A DNA stretch of 61,723 bases, the filler included, from Choristocarpus tenellus KU-1152 (lineage: Eukaryota; Protista; Phaeophyceae), in the NCBI GenBank assembly GCA_964200185.2. It is 9 parts of 9 records of this genome, joined end to end, with 100 filler letters (N's around TTAATTAATTAA, not from the genome) between each part and the next. Parts side by side here need not be neighbours in the genome. Positions count along the whole stretch, not along the records: positions 23,984 to 37,651 come from CAXNAD020001412.1; positions 37,752 to 44,766 come from CAXNAD020006860.1; 7 more parts are not named here. The stretch is one strand, 5' to 3'. Numbering within the stretch: position 1 is the first letter of the stretch; the number at the start of each line of letters is the position of its first letter. A program made the translations under genes and the position numbers. Shown here piece after piece: positions 26,699 through 39,270 of the stretch. A model generated the notes under the pieces. The model worked only from the letters and a program-made list of their open reading frames with translations, searched no databases and was not told where the DNA came from.

Positions 26699-29600
26699 TC
26701 AGTCGGATTGGTGGCCTCGACGAAGCTTCCTCTTCAGCTTGTTTCTCATCCCCCCCTCCCCAACTAACCCCTCATTATCGTTGTCCTTGCCTTGTGGTGA
26801 AGACACCAACTTAGTCGGGCTCTTGCTACTGACTTTCCCTGCATCCTCAGATAATGCCCCAGACTTCAATCTCTCCTGGGCCACCATTTCCTCTCTCAAC
26901 CACCCAGCATCCTCCCCAACATTGCCAGCTGCTCCTCCAGTAACTTCAGCAACCAATCCAAATCGCCTTGTGTAGGCATGGGAAAGATTACTGCGCATAT
27001 CTTCAGGTGTGAGGGGGACAAGACCTAGCTCTTCCACTCCGCCCTCCTCACTTGCATCCTCAACCTGCCGGGGGTGCCGAGGGTTTCGTCTGCGTCCCAT
27101 TGGCTGGGTGCCCAGAAGACGTGTTGTTGCTTCAATACCAGATGTGACCTTGCTTGTCGCTCCCAAAACACCTAACAGTTGGCAGAGAAAAACAAGAGAT
27201 AGAGAGAGGGTCAGTTGGAAAGTACTCTAGAGTAAATATACCGTAAATGGTATACCATCCACCCCCCAGGTCCGCTGCAAAGGATGCTGATGTTCGACCC
27301 TCTCATTAACAATATAATTTGATGCATGTGAAAAGGTTCTTCGATTTCAACTTGCTCATAAATCAGCATTCCTGCAGGATAATACGTCGACAAGAATCTT
27401 GAATCTGAACAGGGGGAAGCTGAACAGAGGGCTGACTGTACAATAAGCTTCTATGGTACACTAAACACAGCTGCAAAATTTCTCACTCAGCCCTTCAACA
27501 CCCATTTCAGCTCCACAACCTCCGAATACTCACTGTGAGTTCTACAGGATTATTGGAGGACTGCCTGAGAGTGCATTAATCCACAAACCAAAACATTCTT
27601 GCTCGTAGATTCACAATGCTCAAGATAAGTGAAAAACAATGTACTTCTCAGTTTGGGGTGGGTTGAATGTAACCTTAAGCTCCTGGTGCAGAGCTGAGTA
27701 AGCTCAAAGAAGCAAGACATCTAGCTTGATTACTCTTCCTCCTGCAATCAATCTTCAATAGAGGATGAGCCCTAATTTTTCCTCTAAGTTTGCAGAGATT
27801 GTCAGATAAAACGGGGAGTTGTTTGAATCACCTATATCTATAAACAAATAATTGTGAACCTGAGCGTTCCCAAGTGGGCACATTTAGCATTTTAAGCTTG
27901 TCATGTGGATGTGAAAAAAAGGGTGAGATTTCTGAAAAAAAAAATGAGCACCCCTTATGGCCATTATCTGCGGTGACAAAGTAAGAAGGCAATTTGCTCT
28001 ACACTATGCTACCTCTCTTGGTATCTGTGCATGGGGGGGAGGGCTTAAGGCCACCACCCTAGAGGGCAAGAACTACTCAAACTCAAATAGATGGCTTCGC
28101 TTTTTCTGGATTATGTATCTCTCCCCTCTCTCAACCCTGCCCTGTGTGCTTGCTTGTGCATGAACACTTAAATCTCACGAAAACAACACAGCCCCACTGT
28201 CTCACTTGAGATTCTGTGCATTTACCTGATACAGGTGCAGCTGCAAGTCCCACAACACCCTTGCCCACCCCCCTCATGAATCCCACGGCGCCACCCTCCT
28301 TGGCCCCTTTGTATGGTTTTGCCAAAACACCTTTCAAGCCCTTGGCCATGGTCACAAGGAAGTAATTGGCACCTTGTGCAACACCATGCCCAATGTGATG
28401 AACAGCTCTCTAATAAGACAAGCGCGGAAGTAGAGGGTATGATGGGAGAATCAGCAAAATGTTGTAGTCCATCAGGCTTAGTCTTCTCTATGTCCATTCC
28501 TATGATTCTTGCCCCAACTTGAACTTTGCCACCCCACGGGTGGCAAAAGTACTCGATGCACATACACACTAGCTTGAGCATTAAATAAAAACATTCCACA
28601 GTCTGGCAATAGAAATTCATCCAGCACTATCCCTTATTTACCACATTTCCTCTCTCACCTCTTCTCCTTTACCACCCTCCAGGTGAGTGTTCACCCAGTT
28701 TGATGAGGAATCAAATGGCTCATCAAGTGCTCCTGCTTCTCGCACCAAGTGGTCAAGAGCTCCTGCCACCTTGCTAGCACTGTTTGCTGCCCCACCAACA
28801 ATACCCTGGACAAGGGCTGTTGTGCCCTCCTTTGCCTGTCCAGTGCCGACCTTGAGTGTATCATAAGGCAGTGGGGAAAAGTATTGTGTGGAGAGGGGAA
28901 GTAGTTTTATCTGCCCATGCACAGGGAATTGACTTCGCTCGCTACGACAAACTAGAACTAAACAATCTTACAGACTCTATCAAATTCCCATCTGGGCAAT
29001 CTTGAGTGCTCATTTACGCCATCTGCATAACCTAAATTACATATAAAATTAATTTTGAAGCTAGTACGAGCAAAAAATTCCTTTTCAATTGCCTCATTAT
29101 CAAACCCAGACATAGGACCGCAATCCAATCCAACCCCTCTAGCTGCAAGCATAAAATAAGCTGCTTGTAGCGTAGAATTTCTAACAGCAGTATCCAGTGC
29201 AACTTCACCAGAGGATGCAAAAAATTTAATATTTTGTTGGCACCCAGCTGCATCGATTGTCACTGTGTTGTTTTTTAGATTAAAAGATTCTAATAATAAA
29301 GGGATTGCTGTTATTTCATTTGATTTGCTTTCTATCTGTTCTTCTCCTAGAATTAAGCCATTTTCATGGCACCAAGCGCTGACTGAATGTAAGTATTGAG
29401 AGTTTAAAGTTCAAACAGTATACTTTAAACTTAGCTCAATCTTGTCTCTAGAATCAGAGCACAACATAGCAATTTAACAATGCTTGCTACTTAAATAAAT
29501 TGTATATTTTTATAATGAACTGAAAAAATCAGACAGTAAAAAGAGTAGTTTTGTTTCGCAAACGATATAAAATCAAAAGAAAAAACAATTAAATATATGA

Positions 29601-32600
29601 CAAAAAAATATATATTATTAAAAAATTTCACTGCGGAATATAAAACAAAGGTAGTATTAGAGTTGCTAGAGTCAGATGTTACAATCTCGCAATTATCAAA
29701 AAAATATAAAATTACGCCAAAGATTATCCAAAATTGGAAGAAACAATTTTTGAGCAATGCGTCAATGTCATTTTAGCCGGCAAAAGTAGTCAGCGAGTAC
29801 AAAACAGAAATTGAAAAATTAAAGTCTCATTTGTCTTGATTTTTCAGTCCATTATCCTTTAATATCACCAGATAATAAATCTGATAACCCTGTAGCTGTT
29901 GCATACTTATTTTGGCAAATTAATAGTCTGAATATATGTCCAGTAGCTTGCTTCCCATTCTTAACTTTCAATTTATTTTTATACACAACATTTTTACAAT
30001 TTTTGCGCAATTTTTTCTATTTTTGCGTAAGGTGAGTTATTAACTGTACACTAAAAGCAGAGGGATTGGATCAGGATATCGTTGATTCGATCATTAAAGA
30101 TTATGACCTTGAAAAATTCCTAACACAAAAAGAATCTATATTCATAAACGCATCGAATCCAAGTCAACATGATAAGATCCAGTTTATTTGGAGAAATGAA
30201 TCCGCACATACTTTACTTTGGTCAATTGAGCACAATATTGTCAAGTTTCAAATTAATCAAAACCGGCCGGTTTTGGACACCCTACCCTGCCAGCAATTCC
30301 AAATATGAGCTAGAAGTCATAGTAGACCGAGTATCCAAAATAAAATTTTGGTAGAGAAATAGCTAAAAAAGTAGCAATATTAGTATAATTATGTAGCATA
30401 ATATAAATATTCACAAAAAATATTTGTATAGAATTATGCATTCGAAAAAGCATCTGAATTTTACAGCAATAAGGAACATGATAGCAAATTTGACTACTAT
30501 ACAAGACACCAGGATACACACCCATGCAAGGAAGGCACATCAAAGTAGGATACTGAACTGGAGTGCTTGTACTGAAATAGAGGAATGTAGGAGCAGTTAA
30601 GCATGGAAAAAGGTACAACAGGTAGAAACAAGACGAGAATATAATAATCATGATAGGTTTAGCAACATCTGCAGGATCTCAGAAGAAAACCCTAATCGGT
30701 CCTTGTTTATCGTTCAGTTATAACATTGTATCACCTTAGTCACAAATCTGAATACTCCGCCAGAGATGTTCTGTGTAAGGGCCAAAGGATCACCCAGTAT
30801 GTCAATGTGTCCCACAACCTTGTAGACCTTAACAAAAAAAAATTGGCTAGGGCGGGGTTGGGACGGGGGGGGGTGGATGGTAGGGGGAGTGACGGGGTGG
30901 CATAGACAATCAGTCAGCCACATGGACGATGGGATACAAATACGGAATATGATGGTGAGGGAAGGGATGCTGAAATTGGGAGGGTGCAGGAGGGTGGTCA
31001 TTCAGAGACGATCATGACAACAATTGGGATGCTCATAACCCACAAATCCCTACCCACCCACTCCGGCATACTTGAATCCTCCACAATATAGGGCTCATGC
31101 AACTCCAACAAAACGGGTCATCTGCCCTTCAGAAAATTTAGAACACAATCCACAACATTACTGTGAGAGAGAGGTCTGGCAGCAAACAGTCGCTTTTGGA
31201 CCCTTACAGAGAAAAGAATATACTCGTACACAGGTCAAGACAGGTACACCACAGTACACAAAATGGGCAAAATGACTTGCCAGTTGCAGCACCGCCCAGG
31301 TTCACAGAACCTTGGCAGCATAGCATGCTTGAATGGGATGTAAGTAAGTCTGTTAACTATAATAGAATTTGGAACAGCTCCAACAACTTGGAGACAGACG
31401 TTGGACAAGCACTTGCTGTACATACATTGGAGAGGAACAGAGCAAGACCCATCTCACCTCAACCCCTACACACGTACCTGCTGGATGCCTTGTCTCTCCA
31501 GACTCTCGACTACAGAGTCAATCAGCCTTTGTGTACTGCCATAGTAATTCACTTTAGTGTGGCTATCAAACACAAAGGTTGGAGAGGCATTGGCAACACT
31601 CCTCCCCAGACTGGATATCAGACCCCAGGCAACTGCTCCCAGTGCGGATGCTGGAACCATGCTTAGTGATGCACCCATGCTGACCTCCTCCTCCTCTTCA
31701 TCTGGTGAATCTTTCGACAACATAGCCAGTGCCTACAGAGTGGAAGATTGAAAGGTAGGGAGGAAGGAGAGAAGGTGTTAAAGATAAGGGGAAACAGAAG
31801 GGCAGGCGAAGGGGGAGTCAACGCACAGAACTTGCACTCACTGTCAGGTTGAGAGTAGCTACAGACCAGGAGCAGTACATGGGTAAGGAAAACACCCCAT
31901 CATCTTGCCTTTCTTCCGAGGTGAAAGTCGACGGCCAGCATCAGCTCTGATTGGGAAAAGGCACCGATGAAAATTGTGGAAGCGCTAACATCCTCCTTCA
32001 AAAGGTGTAGCTTAGATTGAACCATGGCATTCATCTCCTTCACAGACTGGAGGCGTACAACCTCAGGGCCAGCACTGGTCCAGTCAAGGGAAGCCCATAC
32101 TACTTCCTAAATATTAAGTGTTTGTGTACCAGAGAGAGAGGAGTGAGACAATGTTGGAGACGGTGACTACGTGTGTAGGGTGACGAAAGAAACACGAGGA
32201 CGGTGATTCATAGGGGGCCTTGAGCAATGGTTTACTAAACCCAAATTGGGTGCGAAGGTGGTATGGTCAGTGTTAACAGCATCAAGAAAGAATTGGACTT
32301 TTGTGGTGGAATATCTGCAAAGTGTACAGGGTCAGTTCAAGTCCAGGACTCAATTGAAACACACTGAAGTCTTGTAAAAGTGAGTGAGATAGGTATGTCA
32401 CAAAAAAAAAGGGAGACAAAGGAATTGCAATTCAAAACGTGTTCATGGTTGTGACCTTTGAGATCCTCATCAACCAAAGTAGGTTAGAGAACACGAAACA
32501 AGTGAGGAACAGCAGCGATGGTAGACAAAATTCCTTTTTCATAGCTAGGTCAGAATTTCCATGATGCAGCAGGTTGAGTAGGAGCGATGAAACTGGGGGG

Positions 32601-35600
32601 AAAGGGTCAGTGATAGTGAGACATCTTGTATGGTTGCTATGGGACCATTGAGCAAGTCTCTTGCACCCCAGTGAGTTGTCTTCCGATCTTGCTTTTGTGC
32701 ATTCATTTTTTGCGTGTAAACATGAAGTCAAACTCGGGTTCTAATATCTCCCCCCCATGCGCTCAATGTTTTCCTTGCCTGTAGCCCCATCCAATAATCA
32801 ACGAACACTGCACATTGCATTGCCGAGATCTTGGTATGCACATCACGGAGCACTGCCATTTTATGTAGGAGGCCCACCCTCACGTCACGATCCACTTCAA
32901 CCTGAGGGGAAGCGCAGTGATGTAGGCAAAGATATTCAATGCTAGTCAGTCGCAAAGTAGAAGATAATCTACTGCAGTTGTGACAGCAGGTGACAGGAGG
33001 GGGATGCAAAGGTGCAACCCTTAAGATTAACTAAAAAATGTCTGTTTGAGCGACAAGGTTGATAGAAAACCACTAAAGAGTGAAAGAGTCTTAGAGATAC
33101 GAGTTATTCCCTTTTTTGTCCATTTGGGGCTTGGCTTCCCATGGGTTTTTAATGACATTTTACACTCCAAAATGTTCCGGAGTAGGTGAAATGTGTATGT
33201 TGTGAAAAGGCGTGTCCAGAACAAGGATATTGACATCTCCTAACATATATGATAGGCAAAATTACAACAAAATTGCAAAATTTGGTTTTGGTCCCCAAAT
33301 GGTCCCGGCTCTACCCTTTAAGATACTTTGACTCCAAGTTGCAAATAGTTCCGTAAGAAATTGCACTTCATCCTTACCAAGTCTACATTTTCACAGTTCC
33401 CTCTACTTGCCACAGTACTGTTGACCATCTAGGCCCCTACTAGGTAGAAACGAGGTAAATTGTGATGCAATCCCTCAGATATTCCCAACCCTCCTTTCGC
33501 ACCTCTAGCATTGGGGTTGCCACATCCCGACCATCACTCGTCTCAGCAATGTGGCTACTAAAACCGGTCTCAATCGGCTGCAGAATAACAGGATGCTGCG
33601 ATCCAGGTCGCATATCATCCAGCTATTTTTTGTAGGGAAGATTGGCAGGGGAAGTAAGTTGGTAGCATTCAGCTGGATGAAAAAATATCCCCATTGCAGA
33701 ATCCTTGGGGTACAAAGGTGCAAGATACTCTAAACAATTCTACAGATGGGCATGTATCTCACTTAAATGCCTACCGACATAATGAAGTTGCAGAATCTCT
33801 GTACAACATGCACCTTCCTGCATCAGATTCAAACCACACTCTTATACACGGGTCAAAATGAACATGCCACTCATTCTTTCCCTTGAAGACCTGTATGTGC
33901 CACACGCTAAGGGCTGATCTCTGGGTTCCGGCTGGCTTTCCATACTCCAGATGGTCCACAGTCAGACTCAATAGCTCAGTTGTCCCACTCAATGAGCTCT
34001 GTGCGACATTGACCACAAGGCCCATCAGCCGGGCTTTCATCTCAACGTTTTCCCATATTTGTGCAAACAAGCACATCGCCTGTGCTTCTCCTACCCCCAG
34101 CCCCATCTCCAAGTCGCCAATGTGGAGATCACAAAAAAACACCATAGGGTAACACACCCCGAACGGTAAGGAAGGGTGGGGGGATAATTTTGGGGGAACG
34201 TGAGGGATATAGGGGTTGGCATTGCAGTTTACAGTAATCAGCGTGGATGAAATGGAGATAGGGATTGCAGTAACCATGTCACAATGCTAGTTTGTGAACG
34301 TTAACTAATTCCTGAAGAAATGGATGGCTAGGTGGGTGGGTGGGAGCATTTCATCACTACCCTGTTTATCACGTGCATTCCTAGAGAGAAAACTAGGGTA
34401 GGGAATCTTGCTTATCCTTGTGACAGAATTTTCCCATGTATGAGTGACAAATTGTTTGATTTGGTGGGAGCAGTAGGAAAAAGAACTGCCAGCGGGCATA
34501 TTTTTCGTCTGCCCAAGCTGCTATAAGATTGCCTACTCCTCACTGTTTTTTTGTAGTGTTCAGCAATTAAATAGAGAAAGGGGGTATAAGGGAGTTGGAA
34601 TGCTGTTCCTCGACCATGATATATTCTACCTGAGTCAAAGTATCTCAGAGGGTAGAGTCGCGTCCATTTGGAAGCCAAAATTCAATGTTGCAATTTTGAT
34701 GTAATTTTGACTATCATATTTGTTAGGAGATGTCAATATCCTTGTTCCAGACACACCTATTCATAATGTATACATTTTACCTACTCCTAAACATTTTGGA
34801 GTAGGTTAAATGTCATTAAAAACCCGTGCGTGGGAAGCCAAGTCCCAAATGGACAAAACAGGGCAAAACTCGTACCCTCTAAGATACTTTCACTCACCTC
34901 AGACATTATCCGCCGTACACCTGGAGGGTCAGCATTAGCTCTGTAGACTCCCCCATCGACCCCATTCACCCCGTGCAGGTGCTTGTGATTGGAGGCATCA
35001 GTGTCAACGCCCCCTTCACCTCCCTCTTGCTTTGGGTCAGAGAAAACAATGACCTAGGAGAACATTCAAGGTATGAAATGAGGTGGATTAGTTATGTTAG
35101 ACCACTGACCAGGCAATGGATTGGGAAAAAAAGTTGCAAGGGGGTGCCATTGAGCAGAGAGGAGGGGGGTAGAGGGGGTTTCAAAACATAGGGCAACTCG
35201 TTCATAATGCCTACTGGCGCGAATAATACAGGTCAGTGCATTCAAACTTCCTGGGACAACACCACAGGCGCACAAGCTCCAACCTCCCTCCTATTCAGCC
35301 TCCTTCCCCACCTGATACTATGTGTTACACACAAAATTGTCCTCTTGTGGAGGGGCTTCACAGTGGCCAGGTTGATACTCCAAAAAAATCTTGTTCCAGT
35401 CGTCAAAGTTGTACCGAATTAGACTGCTTGTATGATGTGCAAGATGCTATTGCGATACACCCCATACTCTGGATCCACACACTTTCACGTCAACCTCAAA
35501 CATACTCCCTACTATAGAAAATATCTAGCGTATTTAAAGTCCACATCTTGTTTCCTCAAGAGACACTGGTACCCATACAGTATACTATGGAGCAATTACA

Positions 35601-37500
35601 ATACGACCGAAACACTATATCAGATAGGTGTTGGTAGGAGTGAGAAACCTTCATATATCCTCTGATATTACTATGTACATGACAAATGACTCCTATAACC
35701 CCTATCAATATATCGATTGGACTTCCTTTATCTGTCCAATGATATCATGAGCCTTGCAGCACAGCTAGTGACAGATCAATAGCTCCACCATTCAGTACAG
35801 ACATCTGCTCAACATTCACCGGGTGGTACAGCAATAGGATCTTGAATCTACACCAGCTCTCCATTTTTTCAAGGTAACAAAATTCAGAACTTTGGTTTGA
35901 GGTGGTTACAGCAGACAAAAATGTACTCCAGCATACATACAATACGGTGTATGTTTTTTAAAAAAGGAAGGGAAGGTTCAACCGCCTACCACCCCTCATG
36001 CTTTGCAGGAGTCTCCAGACTAATATAATGTTTTCCTGCTGTTCTATGTTTGCCATTTTTTCTTCTCAAGTGTATCAGTAGCAAACTTACCACTGTACTG
36101 ATTTTTTCCGGGTGACGAAGGCTTTCAGCTTGGAGCATGACCCTGTTCTGGAACATTAGGTCAGGCAACCGTCCAATGCTGTCAGGAGCGTACCTCTGCC
36201 CAGTAAAGGTCTTCGTATCCACCACAGCGTGTGGTTTGCTGATGGTACCCTTCACCTCACCTATGCCCTGGTCCTGGACCCCACCTTCACTAACATCACT
36301 AACATCACTCACATCATTCTTGTTGACAATACTCATTCCACCAACGCCACTAGAGCCACTGTCTTTGCCCCACATTGTTGTATCGACACTTCTACCGGCT
36401 ATATTCCTGCCACCAGAAGAGAGTCTTGGCAGCAAAAGATGGCTGGGGGATACGGAATGAGGGAGGTCCTGGATGGCTCCCTGGGCTAGGGCATTGGGAT
36501 CTGGATGGTCAACTTCGATGAACCTGATTTACAGAAGTGTAAGGTAACAGGGGATGGGATCAAATAAGGTAGGCTAAAAGGGGGGTGGAGGAGGAAGAGG
36601 CCATGGGAGGAGTGGAAGGGGATGGGAAGCAATGGTGGGAGCAAGAGCTCTAGAGAACGTGATACTAATGACACTGAATCCTCTCAATATCACACCTAAG
36701 CTATAGAGATACACACACTTGAGTCAAAGTATCTGGGGGCGTGTGTGGCGGCTGTCCATTCGGCGCCAATTTTTCCATGTCGCGATTTTGTTTTGATCTT
36801 GACATCATAACACAGTCCACACAAATCCAAGTGCTAAGAACATAACCAAAGTGCAGGATATTCCATACTTCAAAAAAACAGGGCCACCCCTGAAGACACT
36901 CAAATAGATCATTTTTCCAAAATTTGGTCCGGGCCCGAATGGACACCCTGGACTAGACCCTCCCTCCCCCCACGGATACTTTGACCCTATTTCACATAAT
37001 AAGCAATTCCCAGCATCGTCCCATGACTACAAAGGAGGACAAACATCAACACACGAAAGTTCCAAATTCTGACGAGGAGGATTCAGTTGTTATCTATTAC
37101 AAGTAAACAGCGGTGGACGGACTACTTGAGGAAGATGTATCCGCCAATCAAATGCACACAGGCACATGGGTAACTGAAAGGTCATATACAATACTTGTAC
37201 ACATCCATACCAGAGTACTTAAAACACACCTCTCGTGCTCCTGGTGCCAGGATGTAGCATTCCATCGCATGGGCCCCAGCGATACAACCTCTCCTCCCTC
37301 ACCCCCAACACGATACATCAATGAGTGGACGGATGATCTGTTTTCCACCCGAAGAGGCGGACGCATGGTCTCATCCAATAGTGTTAAGCACAGTGTTGCA
37401 CCATTGCCAAGGAGAGAGCATGAGCAGCGTACCAATACATCCTCAAATGCCCCCCTCAACAGCCATATATATGACTCCTTCCGATATAAGCAAGAGATTA
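26699..37500 (-). CDS. VPS13: VPS13-family lipid transfer protein, 3' part. Resolved exons: 33622-33503, 32901-32779, 32106-31909, 31732-31478, 30827-30735, 28850-28695, 28409-28226, 27171-26699; more upstream
   Basis: VAB/SHR-BD-like PPLRVENRS...SW (about 37240-37480), HIQ|LDDMRPGSQHPVILQP, VYKVVGHIDILGDP, and the Gly-rich C-terminus GVLAKPYKGAKEGGAVGFMRGVGKGVVGLAAAPVSGVLGATSK. Resolved exon lengths and phases are consistent. The upstream boundary is approximate. Confidence 0.9.
28958..29228 (-). pseudogene. Bacterial RutE/YcdI-like nitroreductase, C-terminal fragment
   Basis: RNSTLQAAYFMLAARGVGLDCGPMSGFD...FF...NFICNLGY...RLPR.EFD..C is the malonic semialdehyde reductase-type signature; the N-terminal half is missing. 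Confidence 0.88.
29229..29395 (-). mobile_element. ISAs1-family transposase fragment
   Basis: LHSVSAWCHENGLILGEEQIESKSNEITAIPLLLESFNLKNNTVTIDAAGCQ carries the ISAs1 motifs KSNEITAIP and TIDAxGCQ. Confidence 0.92.
29516..29851 (+). mobile_element. Internally deleted IS3-family element with both IRs and a broken orfA
   Basis: IRs TGaactgaaaaaatcagacag / ttgtcttgatttttcagtcCA; HTH orfA FTAEYKTKVVLELLESDVTISQLSKKYKITPKIIQNWKKQFLSNASMSF*PAKVVSEYKTEIEKLK; orfB absent. Confidence 0.82.
29862..29960 (-). mobile_element. IS701-family transposase N-terminal fragment (frameshifted)
   Basis: MGSKLLDIYSDY[fs]ICQNKYATATGLSDLLSGDI matches the recalled IS701 N-terminus (LD.Y.DYLI....TATGLS.LL.G.ISHD). Confidence 0.7.
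30051..30228 (+). pseudogene. Bacterial DUF4272-like protein fragment
   Basis: KAEGLDQDIVDSIIKDYDLEKFLTQKESIFINASNPSQHDKIQFIWRNESAHTLLWSI resembles the DUF4272 pattern (T..E..F.....P....I.F.WR.E....LLW); recognised from memory. Confidence 0.65.
33078..33334 (-). mobile_element. MITE family A (VPS13 intron)
   Basis: Reverse-complement homolog of 507-764; no clean TSD. Confidence 0.85.
34632..34895 (+). mobile_element. MITE family A (VPS13 intron)
   Basis: Both TIRs present; TSD ACCT at 34628-34631 and 34896-34899. Confidence 0.92.
36721..36987 (-). mobile_element. MITE family B, longer variant
   Basis: gagtcaaagtatctggggg / ggatactttgaccc ends; internal catgtcgcgatttt as in other B copies. 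Confidence 0.8.
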
Positions 37501-37869
37501 GAGTTAGGAGAAAATGTAACATCAAGGATAGCGCTTAGGGGAGTTGGTGGAAGAGATATCGATTGACAACACAGACCATAGGTTACCATTATGCATTAAT
37601 CCCTCTTCTTCATCATATGCTCACCTGGTGTACAGCCTCAAGCGAGACAGCNNNNNNNNNNNNNNNNNNNNNNNNNNNNNNNNNNNNNNNNNNNNTTAAT
37701 TAATTAANNNNNNNNNNNNNNNNNNNNNNNNNNNNNNNNNNNNNNNNNNNNGATCTAAGCCCCAAATGGACAAGCAGGGAAAAACTCGTACCCTCTAATA
37801 TACTTTCACTCTATAGGCACAGATGCCTACAAGTTCGGGAGGGTTGGGTCTATCCTCTATGAAGCATCA

Positions 37870-39270
37870 CCAGCATGCAGCCTTTCTAAGATCACTAGTG
37901 GCTACTCTCCCCACCCTTTTAGCACGGCAACTAGGGCCTCTTTGAAAATCTTCCTCACAAGCCATCTGTATGAGCCCCGCAGTAAGGGCCTTGGGATCAT
38001 CGATTCACACCATCCTCTCGACAGGAGTCCCTTCAGAAGACTTGGCAGAAATTATTGACCAAGGCTGCGTAGCCTGGGGGGGAGGGAAGAGCAATCCCCA
38101 CAGCCGCCCCAGAGGTCCACATTCTGGCAACCCATGATGCCAGGATCACAAGGAGGGCACGGCACAGGATCACCCGCCTCCTAAACAGGATCTGCTTCTA
38201 CTCTTTCCAGACGCAATTGGCCGACTTACCTCACAAAGCAGAACAAGGGAAATAAAGTTCCTTGCTAGTCCTGACCTTCCACCGGAGGCAGTGTGGACAA
38301 GGGGCGAATGCATGGGCCTCCACATAACCCCTGGAACCAGCATGCCAGATCCCTCCCGTAGAGTTAGACTCACGGCCAGGGAGGGAGGAGGCCCTATCAA
38401 ACAGGTGCCCAGTGTCTGGGTGCAGGAGACATAATGTGGACACTAGATTTGCTCATACCTGCCCTATAGCAGGAGGACAGGTCCACCAAGCGCAGTCATG
38501 GTGAAGTGTCTAGGTCAAATCTGCAAAGGAATGGGCACCTCTGGTACTATGGAGGATACTAGCCCATTCACAGTGGACCGAAATTTCCGCATGGATGTGG
38601 TCATCCATGCTGGGGCACTTGTGGACACCGGATCAACTCCCTATGGCAACAAAGGTCTCCTCCAAGATGTTACGTTTGTAGAAGTCCAAGCAGCCTCCCA
38701 TTTTCCACACTCATCCACCAGCTATGGTGTAGCTTTTTCTCCAGGTGAGGTGTGAAAGTACACCCACTACGATGACTCTTTTGACCCTCGTAGTTAGAAC
38801 CTCAACACCTTCGTGGTGGAAAGTATTGAGCACCTCAGTAAGCCAGCAGAAAGGTTTCTGGATAAGTTGGCTACGCACGTGGTAGGGGGGAGAAGGGCAG
38901 GAGGCTACGGCAGGAAAGGGGCTGTCAAATCCCGTGTATAACAGGTAGTGCTGTCACAACACAAGTGGCTCTATCAAGACGTGTGTAATGCGTTTCTAAG
39001 CTGGAGACACCAGGGAGATGGGCAAGTAGGCGCTTGTCAGATTCTTTGGATGCTTCCCTAGCTCCTCACCTTGGGGTGCAGGACTAAGCTAGGTTGGAGG
39101 CATAGGAGGGCAGTGGTGTAGCATAGCTGGTAGTCCAAATAGTAAATAGATGATTGAATGTCTTTCACGTGTATGACAACTGTTACTTTTTCAGGGGTTA
39201 TTCTGGGATTGGCTTTTCATCAGTTTTCCCCCTGACACATCTGCAAAAATGTCCGAGGACATTGTAATAT
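37870..39270 (+). mobile_element. Degenerate 5'-truncated RLE-type non-LTR retrotransposon with 3' UTR
   Basis: Zinc knuckle CPVSGCRRHNVDTRFAHTC, then RLE motifs PFTVDRNFRMDVV...LLQDVT...K..HY..SFDPRS...FVVES...FLDKLATHVVGG..G...RKG, interrupted by stops and frameshifts. The 5' boundary is approximate. Confidence 0.82.
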
